From Candidatus Magasanikiibacteriota bacterium (lineage in GTDB: Bacteria > Patescibacteriota > Patescibacteriia > Magasanikbacterales > UBA922), in contig JAHFIE010000001.1 of the NCBI GenBank assembly GCA_023246565.1, positions 1 to 30,661 of the forward strand: 30,661 nucleotides of DNA, read 5' to 3'. Positions 17,710-25,934 of this stretch are shown here, piece by piece. The position numbers and the translations under genes are program-made. The number at the start of each line of letters is the position of its first letter. Position 1 is the first letter of the stretch. Below the pieces are notes generated by a model. The model saw nothing but the letters and a program-made list of their open reading frames with translations. It made no database searches and was not told the origin of the DNA.

Positions 17710-18444
17710 TTACTTAATTGCCTTAAATTCATCCCCTACACCCAACGTGTTCAAGATAAACGCCACAATGAGATATGCTGAAAAAACAATAATGATTCCT
17801 ACAACCGCGGCCACCATAACATCACGTCCTTGTTTTACTTTGTCCGGACTCCCAAAGGAAAATACCATCAAAAATCCACCGTATACAAAAGCTGTCAAGG
17901 CAATCATGCCAATAATACCAAAGATAAGTTTACCCTGATTAATGAAAACTTGAACCAGGTCATTAACATCGCGACACGTACCAGAAAAAGCACACTTTGG
18001 AATTGGTCCTTGATAATTATCTAACGAAGGATCATTTTCATAATTATCTTTTATATACTGACACACAGCACCACACTCAGATGTTGAACTTGAAGAACCC
18101 CCAGCCCCTTTCGCACCACCAGCATCCTTTTTTTTCACACAACAAACTTGACCAGTCTGACAAATTCCCACAATAAAAGCTGCTTTTTTATCTTTATTTT
18201 GAGCTGTTAGTTCTTTATTATTTTCAATTAATGTTTGCGTCTGAGCCGCAACATCAGGATTACAATCACTTTTTGCAGTACACGCATAACCTAGGGCAGA
18301 AAAATCATCGCACTTAACCGCCCCAACGTTCTGTGTCATGCCAAATACACCGTATAAAAAAATAACGAACCAAAATCCGAAAAGAAAAGGGTTCTCTATT
18401 TTATGGTTGGTTTTCCCCAGTACTTTTTTTAAACTAAATACCAT
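17710..18444 (-). CDS. TrbC/VirB2-like pilin 11 with N-terminal 6-Cys module
   Basis: C-x9-C-x5-C-x33-C-x5-CC module; core VFSFGSPDKVKQGRDVMVAAVVG. Confidence 0.83.
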   Translation of the reverse strand: MVFSLKKVLGKTNHKIENPFLFGFWFVIFLYGVFGMTQNVGAVKCDDFSALGYACTAKSDCNPDVAAQTQTLIENNKELTAQNKDKKAAFIVGICQTGQVCCVKKKDAGGAKGAGGSSSSTSECGAVCQYIKDNYENDPSLDNYQGPIPKCAFSGTCRDVNDLVQVFINQGKLIFGIIGMIALTAFVYGGFLMVFSFGSPDKVKQGRDVMVAAVVGIIIVFSAYLIVAFILNTLGVGDEFKAIK

Positions 18445-18514
18445 AGTTTTCGGAAGATTGAGGTGGTCATTTTATTTATCTGTAGAAAATTTGAGCATTA
18501 TGTATATGGTTCTC

Positions 18515-18610
18515 TGTCATTCTGGCGAAAGCCAGAATCTAGTATTTATTGAATTCAACACTGGATTCTGGCTGGAGTTTATCCCGATGAAAATCGGGAC
18601 CAGAATGACA
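18515..18610. mobile_element. 96-bp MITE/NIME-like palindromic element, copy 2 (followed by degenerate partial copy to ~18660)
   Basis: Same TIRs and internal hairpin as 14393-14488; differences confined to the central spacer. Confidence 0.8.
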
Positions 18611-18717
18611 ATACTTGAATCACGCTTGGAGTTTATCCCCACGAAAGTCGAGATCAGAATAATAGGATTGAAATGTAAACAACGCTCGGATTTCTAACAT
18701 TTTAGTTTATATGCTTT

Positions 18718-20103
18718 TTATAATGTCTGACTAACAATTTGCGCTGCTCGCACAACAGCACTGGCATCTTTTTTATAAATATCCTGATCAGTCGTTTTTT
18801 CTTCATTGAGTGGTTGTAAAATAGCAGCGATCATTTCATCAAACGCATTTTCAGCCGAAATAATATCTCGACCATGATACCAATTTTTGGCAATCAAAAC
18901 TTGACTCGAAAATGGACCAATGACCGGATCAGCCTCTTGAGCTTTAATATGAACCCTGAGGGCTGAAGGTTGATGTACTGCATCAGCATAACCTTTGATT
19001 CTGTCAGGTTCAGACATAAACCGGATAAAATCCCAAGCTTCATTTTGATTTTTGGATTTTTTTACCACCGATTGCAACCAATAGCTAGCCACGTTAGCCT
19101 GTATATTTGGGTTTAATTGCGGTAAAGGCATGATTTCAATATTCAAATCTGGTGCGCGTGATTTAAGACGATCATAATCATAGGCAAAACCAAAATAAAA
19201 TCCTGTTTTACCTCGGACAAAAGCATCAAACGCACTATTTTGATCATCATTCCATGAATAGGCTTCTTTATTTGGCCGCGCAAAATCTGTGTAAAAATTA
19301 AGAGCCTGCAATGCTGGATGCGTCGCATTCGCTTTTTCAAAACCAGCTGAAAAAGTTATTCCTCCATATGAACCAGCCATGGTCACACCATTCTGGAGCA
19401 TAAGAGCCGAGACAATATCAAAAGCATTTTCAATATTTTTTCCTGTACCAAGAGACGCACCGGATTGAAGAATTTTTCTATCCTTATCAAGTTTAGTGAT
19501 GCGTTTAACCGCTTCGACGAATTCATTCCAATCTTTGGGTGGTTCTGGCAAGCCAGCCTTATCGAGTAAATCTTTATTGTAATAAACTGCCAAAGTATCC
19601 ACGGTAAGGGGTAAACCATACATTTGTTTGGCAATTACCGCGTCATCGGGTACGGTCGCAACATATGCTTTTTTAAGGCTCTCAAGCGTTGGCATGTTGA
19701 ACGTGTCGAACAAGACCGCGGTTTCTTTGGTAATGGTACTGGTCTGAACCAATTTTCCCATGGTTACGGTTGCTGGCATGGGTACCAAACGATTTTGATA
19801 CTTTCGTAACCATCGAACATGCATAGAAACCATGTCCGGCGCAACATCATCAGCAAGAGCATTGATAAAAAGCTTATCAAATTCATCATATCGTACTTGA
19901 CGAATGTTAATGGTAACATGGGGGTTTTCCCCTTTATACTGAGTCGCTAAATTTCTGAGCTGATCAACATTATCATAGACCGTCCAAAAATTAAGCGTCA
20001 CCGGACGAATCGCTGCTTGTTGGTCTTGGGATAATCCCTTGCAGCCAAAACCAGTGATGATCACGGTAATCGACAAACATGCAAGACGCAAAAAAATTTT
20101 CAT
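18718..20103 (-). CDS. Extracellular solute-binding lipoprotein (carbohydrate ABC SBP-like, cluster B/MalE type)
   Basis: Lipobox-like VIITGFGC; VTLNFW, YGLPLTVDTLAVYYNKDLL, PPKDWNEF, AWDFIRFM; ATG 20103 preferred. Confidence 0.85.
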   Translation of the reverse strand: MKIFLRLACLSITVIITGFGCKGLSQDQQAAIRPVTLNFWTVYDNVDQLRNLATQYKGENPHVTINIRQVRYDEFDKLFINALADDVAPDMVSMHVRWLRKYQNRLVPMPATVTMGKLVQTSTITKETAVLFDTFNMPTLESLKKAYVATVPDDAVIAKQMYGLPLTVDTLAVYYNKDLLDKAGLPEPPKDWNEFVEAVKRITKLDKDRKILQSGASLGTGKNIENAFDIVSALMLQNGVTMAGSYGGITFSAGFEKANATHPALQALNFYTDFARPNKEAYSWNDDQNSAFDAFVRGKTGFYFGFAYDYDRLKSRAPDLNIEIMPLPQLNPNIQANVASYWLQSVVKKSKNQNEAWDFIRFMSEPDRIKGYADAVHQPSALRVHIKAQEADPVIGPFSSQVLIAKNWYHGRDIISAENAFDEMIAAILQPLNEEKTTDQDIYKKDASAVVRAAQIVSQTL

Positions 20104-20104
20104 A

Positions 20105-21358
20105 CTACTTAAAAGCTTCAAAAACAATTTTGAGCAATGCATAACTTGCAAAAATCACGGCAAGTCCAAGGGCAGTCCAGACAATAATATGTTTTGCTTT
20201 TGTTTCACGTTCAGCATTTCCTAAATCAGTCATCCATAGTATACCACCATAAATAAACATCACCAAGGCAATACTTCCTAAAACTCCCATGAGTGTGGAA
20301 ATAATTCTGGCAGCGAGTATTCGTGGATCAACCGTATCGATTTTATTCAGACTGGCAGTGGAGGGAATGACAAATTCATTGATCTCTTCCTTTTTTTCTT
20401 CAGGAGGATTTTGTGCTTCGCACAATACACTCATAAGTTCTTCCCCCTCGTCTTTTTTTAAATCAGCAGGATTCATGTTGGGATGTTTGCCGGCCAGTGA
20501 CTGACAATATCCCACATCAACATTTACCGCGGCCGTTGGATCCAAATCAGTTGGTTTAAACTCAACAGTAGAAGTAGTTATTTGGTATACATTCAACTCT
20601 TTTTTAGCCAAATCAGAATTTTTTGGACCACTTGATTCTGTTTGTACACATGCACCCATGCTATCAGCATTATTCGCAGGCATTTCACATTTTCCTGAAA
20701 CACAATCAGCATTTACCTTGCAATTTTGCTGTCCCAATGGGCATTTGATCCCAAAATAAGCCGCGCAAAGACCACCACAAGGTTTGCTGTTACCAGCCAC
20801 TTGACGTATACCCGTTGCATGAACCACACTCGGATCTACTGTGGATTCATTACATTTGTCTTCTGTGATGATGGTATTGTCAGAATAAACATCATAACTA
20901 CTTTTGTGACCAATAGCACTGTCAGGATCACTTTCATCAACAAAAATACCTTCGACACAGAATCCGTATTCACAAATCAAATTTTGGTCATACTTATTTT
21001 TTCCACAGTCTTTATCATTATGGCATGTGCCATTAAAGGGACAAAAAAGTCCGATGCCGGTCGCGCAATGTCCACCACACATTTTTCCATTTAATTCACC
21101 GGTTGCAACCAAATTACCAAACGCCTTGAAATCAAGAGCACACTGGTCTTTTAGATCAGCATATCCAAATTTTGGCCCATCGGATGCTGGTACATCATTA
21201 ATGGAAGCATTACTAACAATTTTTTTATATACAAAACTACATTTACAGGTTGTATCAGCGTAAACAACATCAAACAAAAATAGTAGGCTGATAATTCCTA
21301 CAAAAAAACTGAATGCAATACTACTTAAACGCCCCAAATACCAATTGGAGAATGGCAT
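20105..21358 (-). CDS. Large TrbC/VirB2-like pilin 12 with Cys-rich, internally duplicated N-terminal region
   Basis: C-terminal DPRILAARIISTLMG...WMTDLGNAERETKAKHII; two CGGxCA...CP...C..DC repeats; start uncertain (21358 or 21367). Confidence 0.8.
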   Translation of the reverse strand: MPFSNWYLGRLSSIAFSFFVGIISLLFLFDVVYADTTCKCSFVYKKIVSNASINDVPASDGPKFGYADLKDQCALDFKAFGNLVATGELNGKMCGGHCATGIGLFCPFNGTCHNDKDCGKNKYDQNLICEYGFCVEGIFVDESDPDSAIGHKSSYDVYSDNTIITEDKCNESTVDPSVVHATGIRQVAGNSKPCGGLCAAYFGIKCPLGQQNCKVNADCVSGKCEMPANNADSMGACVQTESSGPKNSDLAKKELNVYQITTSTVEFKPTDLDPTAAVNVDVGYCQSLAGKHPNMNPADLKKDEGEELMSVLCEAQNPPEEKKEEINEFVIPSTASLNKIDTVDPRILAARIISTLMGVLGSIALVMFIYGGILWMTDLGNAERETKAKHIIVWTALGLAVIFASYALLKIVFEAFK

Positions 21359-22076
21359 AACTGGCAAAAATTACAGCCAGGCCCAGGGAACCCCAGACCA
21401 GGATATGCCGAGCTTTTTCTTCTTTTTCTGCTGCGCCAGACGAAGACATCCACAAAATACCACCATAAATAAACATCACCAGGGCGATGCTCCCTAAAAT
21501 CCCAATGAGTGTGCTAATAAGACGCGCAATGAGGACACGTGCGTCAACCGTATTGATTTTGTTAAAAGCATCATTGGTTTCTTTTTCAACTTGAAGTTTG
21601 ATTTCATCATTCATCCCACCTCCTGAAGTACTGGTAGCAGCAGTTTTTGACTTACTATCCTTTCCTGATTTATATACTGGGTCGGTTTTACCTTGAACAC
21701 TGACTATATTACAACTTATTGAATAGCTATAAATGGATTTTATTTCAATTGCGGATTTAAAAAAGCATTCTTGATCATCTTCATTAAGAGGTGATTTCAT
21801 AAGCGTAGCTTCATTGATCAAGTGACCATACGAATCACAGCTTGTGGAGAAAGGAATTTTATCAATAAGATCTTTAACCGTAGTAATTTTATCCAATTCA
21901 AAAGTAACTGATTTATTTATTTGGCATTTTTGATCTGTGGTAACAAAATCCTTAACCGTGACATTGCAATCACACCCAACTGCTGCGATTGCAGAATCAA
22001 TCGGATAACCAAACAAAACTGACAAATTTATGACAGAAATAAATACAACAGTAAAATATTTTCTGTAATGCTTCAT
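21321..22076 (-). CDS. TrbC/VirB2-like pilin 13 with N-terminal variable domain
   Basis: DARVLIARLISTLIG...WMSSSGAAEKEEKARHIL; core closely related to pilin 12. Confidence 0.82.
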   Translation of the reverse strand: MKHYRKYFTVVFISVINLSVLFGYPIDSAIAAVGCDCNVTVKDFVTTDQKCQINKSVTFELDKITTVKDLIDKIPFSTSCDSYGHLINEATLMKSPLNEDDQECFFKSAIEIKSIYSYSISCNIVSVQGKTDPVYKSGKDSKSKTAATSTSGGGMNDEIKLQVEKETNDAFNKINTVDARVLIARLISTLIGILGSIALVMFIYGGILWMSSSGAAEKEEKARHILVWGSLGLAVIFASYAILQLVFGAFK

Positions 22077-22954
22077 GCTGAACCAAAAAATTTTTCAATC
22101 TCACTTCTCATTTCTTTATCTTTCAACGCAAAATGAATCGCGGTCTTAAGAAGCGCTAATTTGTCTCCCGTATCAAAGTAAACGCCTTCATATTCATAGG
22201 CCAAGAATGGTTTTTTCTTGGCGAGTTGGTTTGCCGCGTCCGCAACCCAAACTTCATTATCCTTGCCTTGATTTTGTTTCTCAAGCACAGGCCAAATATC
22301 TTTGGTAAAAACATACCGCATACCACCAACAATCAATCCCTCGGGCGAAGTTTGATCTGTCGGAGGCTTTTCTCTAAACTCCTCCACGCGATACACTCGT
22401 TTCTCTTTTGTTGGTTTTGCGTAAACATTACCATATTTTGTCATGGCAACACGATCATGAATTTTTTGTACACCAATAATCGAAGACTGATGGTACTGAA
22501 AAACTTTCAATAACTGTTTTACAACAGGAATTTTCGCGTCAATAATACTATCACCATCAGAAAAAACAAATGGTTCATCACCCAAAAATTGCCGTGCGCA
22601 TAAGAGAGCATGACCATTACCCAAGGGTTCTGGCTGTCGGGTATAAAAAAAACGCACTTTTGATGATAGCTCAACCAATGAACTTAACTTTTCAAATTTT
22701 CCTTTCTGCTTCAAAAAATGCTCTAAGTCTCGATCCCGATCAAAATGATCTTCAATTGACCGTTTTTGCGAACTCGTGACAAAAATAATTTCAGTTATAC
22801 CACTCGCGACCATTTCTTCTACAATGTACTGAACCACAGGTTTATCCAAAACTGGTAACATTTCTTTAGGCATGGCTTTGGTCGCAGGTAAAAAACGAGT
22901 CCCCAAACCAGCGACAATAATTACTCCTTTGCGAACTGAATTTATTTTTGACAT
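22073..22954 (-). CDS. galU: UTP--glucose-1-phosphate uridylyltransferase
   Basis: VAGLGTRFLPATKAMPKEMLPVLDKPVVQYIVEE, QPEPLGNGHA, YFDTG motifs. Confidence 0.9.
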   Translation of the reverse strand: MSKINSVRKGVIIVAGLGTRFLPATKAMPKEMLPVLDKPVVQYIVEEMVASGITEIIFVTSSQKRSIEDHFDRDRDLEHFLKQKGKFEKLSSLVELSSKVRFFYTRQPEPLGNGHALLCARQFLGDEPFVFSDGDSIIDAKIPVVKQLLKVFQYHQSSIIGVQKIHDRVAMTKYGNVYAKPTKEKRVYRVEEFREKPPTDQTSPEGLIVGGMRYVFTKDIWPVLEKQNQGKDNEVWVADAANQLAKKKPFLAYEYEGVYFDTGDKLALLKTAIHFALKDKEMRSEIEKFFGSA

Positions 22955-23011
22955 ATTTTTTTATAATTTTGTATGTTCATTATAACAAATTCTCCTGAAA
23001 TATCCAATGTA

Positions 23012-23479
23012 TTATTTTTCGACTTCAGCCAAAATAGTATCTACTTTTTTCTGTGCTTCTTCGTGTAGTTTTTCTTCCAAAGCTAAGGGAAATTCTTGGC
23101 GGAGCAATCGAACTTGTTCAAGAATAAGTTCGTCTTTCATTTTTAATAATTCATCTCGATATGCCGCGATGCGACGTTGTAAATCTTCAACTCTTTTTTT
23201 ATCATGTTGCGTTGATGTTTCATCAGTACTTGAAGACGGTAATTGCAGCGCAGTCCGCAGATCACGAATAGCCTGGAGAACAGCCTGCATATGCAAAACA
23301 ATATTTTGTACTTGATTCTTACTTGTTTTAACTTCATGAACCAAATAATCTGCCCGTTCCATGGCTGCAGCAACTTTTAGTTCGGCATTATCTTCTACTT
23401 CTTTTGATTCTTTTTTCTCACGGCCAATCTCCCGTGCTTCACGAGAACGTCGGCCTGATTCAGTTTCGCGACTATCCAT
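23012..23479 (-). CDS. Hypothetical coiled-coil protein
   Basis: 155 aa charged helical ORF. Confidence 0.7.
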   Translation of the reverse strand: MDSRETESGRRSREAREIGREKKESKEVEDNAELKVAAAMERADYLVHEVKTSKNQVQNIVLHMQAVLQAIRDLRTALQLPSSSTDETSTQHDKKRVEDLQRRIAAYRDELLKMKDELILEQVRLLRQEFPLALEEKLHEEAQKKVDTILAEVEK

Positions 23480-23527
23480 AGTTATTGCTTTTAAGCCTTA
23501 ATAGTATACCAAACTTCTTTTAACAAA

Positions 23528-23552
23528 ACATCCTCGGTAGTACCGAGGATGT
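23528..23552. terminator. Hairpin downstream of rpsR (terminator-like)
   Basis: acatcctcggta-g-taccgaggatgt, 12-bp inverted repeat; T-run follows on the minus strand. Confidence 0.7.
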
Positions 23553-23570
23553 CAAGAAGATTGTTACTAT

Positions 23571-23801
23571 TTACCGTGATACAAAGGCCAAAAGTCCGGC
23601 AATACGTGCTTGTTTAATCGCCCTGGATACACTACGTTGATGTTTGGCACATAAGCCGCTGCGGTGACGCTTGGCGATTTTCATTTGCGAGGAAACAAAT
23701 CGACGAAGGACTTGCACATCCTTATAATCGATCATTTTTTTGTTGTTAATGCAAAAATAACAACGTTTTTCTCTTTTTTGGACTTTAGTATCAACTGGCA
23801 T
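23571..23801 (-). CDS. rpsR: 30S ribosomal protein S18 (Zn-binding Cys retained)
   Basis: CYFC...IDYKD...SGLCAKHQRSVSRAIKQARIAGLL. Confidence 0.95.
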   Translation of the reverse strand: MPVDTKVQKREKRCYFCINNKKMIDYKDVQVLRRFVSSQMKIAKRHRSGLCAKHQRSVSRAIKQARIAGLLAFVSR

Positions 23802-23832
23802 AATGGTACAAACTCATCAATCCGATAAATAA

Positions 23833-24273
23833 TTAAAAAGGAATATCTTCGACTTTTATTTCTTCTTCAATAACTGGTTGGTTGGCACTTGGTCGAGAAA
23901 CGTTTGTATCATTGGATGATTGTCCTGCCGGACTGGTTGCTCCGCGTGGGCCATCAAGCATAATCATATTTTCCACGACCACTTCTGTGCGATACCGTTT
24001 TACACCATCTTGCCCAGTCCAATCTCTGGTCTCAATTCTTCCTTCGACGTAAATTCGGCGTCCTTTGGTCAAATATTGTCCAGCAATTTCTGCTAATTTA
24101 CCCCAAAAAACACAATTATGAAATTCACTTTTTTCTTGTTTTACTCCAGCAGCATCAGTCCAAGCTCGATTCGTCGCAATTGATAATGTGGTAACTGATT
24201 GACCAGAAGTCGTAGTACGCACTTCTGGATCACGAGTAATTCTTCCCAAAATAGTAGCGCGATTTAAATCCAT
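23833..24273 (-). CDS. ssb: Single-stranded DNA-binding protein
   Basis: MDLNRATILGRITRDPEVR...YVEGRIETRDW...EDIPF. Confidence 0.96.
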   Translation of the reverse strand: MDLNRATILGRITRDPEVRTTTSGQSVTTLSIATNRAWTDAAGVKQEKSEFHNCVFWGKLAEIAGQYLTKGRRIYVEGRIETRDWTGQDGVKRYRTEVVVENMIMLDGPRGATSPAGQSSNDTNVSRPSANQPVIEEEIKVEDIPF

Positions 24274-24325
24274 ATAAGGTAAGGTTAATCTTGATTGCGC
24301 GCTCAATACCAATAATAAATCTTGT

Positions 24326-24847
24326 TTAAACTTTTTCCAGGTCTTTTTCTAAAATTTGATCTAATTTTTCTTCAATTTCTTCCATGCTTACTGTTGGTTC
24401 TGTCTTTTTTACAACATCTTCTCCAACCATTGGTTTCAAAATTGGTGTTTCTCGACGCACATGCGTATTCTCTGGCCGAGGAGTTGGTGCGACTTCCTCA
24501 GTCGAAACAACATTAGCGAGCGGTGTCAGTGATAATTTTGTAGCATCGACTGTTTGTGTACGGGGGTCATAAACTTTCACAACGAGACGAAGAATATTGT
24601 TAATCAATCGTGCACGATCAGAAACTTCTTTCATTTTTGCTGGTTCAGCACTACATTGGACAATATAAAAGTAGCCATAACGAATATGCTTGATTGGATA
24701 TGCCAAACGACTCTTGCCCATATCATGCGAAACAATCTCAGTCGCGCCATATTTTTCCAAAGTCTCCTGAAGCGTTTGCATGATTGGGGCAGCTTCATTT
24801 TCCATGATGGTCCCTGGCAAAACTACCAGCATCTCGTAATGTTGCAT
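24326..24847 (-). CDS. rpsF: 30S ribosomal protein S6 with long C-terminal extension
   Basis: MQHYEMLVVL...MGKSRLAYPIKH...ILR; rpsF-ssb-rpsR synteny. Confidence 0.92.
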   Translation of the reverse strand: MQHYEMLVVLPGTIMENEAAPIMQTLQETLEKYGATEIVSHDMGKSRLAYPIKHIRYGYFYIVQCSAEPAKMKEVSDRARLINNILRLVVKVYDPRTQTVDATKLSLTPLANVVSTEEVAPTPRPENTHVRRETPILKPMVGEDVVKKTEPTVSMEEIEEKLDQILEKDLEKV

Positions 24848-24893
24848 AGATACGTCAAAAACTAAAATAATATGACTAGTTTTAAGCGTCGCT

Positions 24894-24922
24894 ACTATAG
24901 CAATAGAGGCTTTTCTTGTCAA
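24894..24922 (-). promoter_or_regulatory. Sigma70 promoter of rpsF-ssb-rpsR
   Basis: TTGACA-17-TATAGT on the minus strand. Confidence 0.8.
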
Positions 24923-24962
24923 GAGAAATCCAGAGACCGGTCCGATACCCAGGTTTGATCAC

Positions 24963-25832
24963 CTAAAGGATGACACTCTCCTGAGAAATGGCTTGGGATT
25001 CTTGAGTGGGTAAAACGTACATATCATAACCAAAATCATCAACACCAACAAGTTCTGCCTGACCAGTTATGACTTTTTCCAAAGGAAGACAAAATTGACA
25101 GCCTCCTTTGGTACATTTAAGACGATCTAATTGTCGGGCCAATTTAATCTGTCGAGCAATATCCATAACATGATTTCTCGCTTCTTCCAAACTCGGCAAA
25201 GGACGTTCAACTGGTGCATCATCACGATCCAAATACCAATAACTTACTTTGCGCACCATTCTCTTTTGACAAGAATGTACCAAAAGGTGGTAAATAGGAA
25301 ATTGTAGAGAATCTGGGTTTTCATCATTTTTACCGGTTTTAAAATCAATAATATGAACCGCGTCTTCTTCTGGTAAATATTCCAACCAATCAATTTTGCC
25401 ACAAAGAATAATCCCCTCTTCTTCAGAAAGCCAGAAATAAGGCAAATCCTCTTTTATTTTTACGGCTGCTTCGCCAACTGGACCAGGATTTTCTAAAACG
25501 CGACGAATCATTGCCCGACCACGATTTTCAAATTGATATTCAGTGTCCCGATCAAAAAAACCACCCCGTTTCCCAGAAACTTTTGACCAAGCAGTTTCAT
25601 AACGATCCATGATTGGTTCCAAAAAACGAGTATTCTTAGGAATGACGGATAATGACTCCAATACTTCGTGGACTGCCTGACCAAGAGCCAGATACGGTGA
25701 CATTAATTTTATTTTGTGTCTCGTCCCAGGATCTCGGTACATGTGCCGCAAAAAATACGATCGAGGACAAGCTAAAAAATCACTCATTGAAGTATGCGAC
25801 ACCCAAAGAGCCCGATATTTATCAATTGCCAT
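24963..25832 (-). CDS. PD-(D/E)XK nuclease, RecB/AddB/Cas4-like with predicted Fe-S cysteines
   Basis: SHTSMSDFLACPRSYF, GKIDW, IIDFKTGK, QFPIY, C-x4-C-x2-C near the C-terminus. Confidence 0.8.
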   Translation of the reverse strand: MAIDKYRALWVSHTSMSDFLACPRSYFLRHMYRDPGTRHKIKLMSPYLALGQAVHEVLESLSVIPKNTRFLEPIMDRYETAWSKVSGKRGGFFDRDTEYQFENRGRAMIRRVLENPGPVGEAAVKIKEDLPYFWLSEEEGIILCGKIDWLEYLPEEDAVHIIDFKTGKNDENPDSLQFPIYHLLVHSCQKRMVRKVSYWYLDRDDAPVERPLPSLEEARNHVMDIARQIKLARQLDRLKCTKGGCQFCLPLEKVITGQAELVGVDDFGYDMYVLPTQESQAISQESVIL

Positions 25833-25934
25833 AAAAACTCATTAATCTCCGTGTAATTACATGATACCAGATTCTGGATTAAAACCAGATAAAATTCTTT
25901 TTATTTTATCCACAGGTATAAGACTACTCATTTA

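Noticed and set aside
14393-18660. Repeats as a CRISPR array
   Set aside because: Copies are kilobases apart with genes between them; no regular spacers or cas operon
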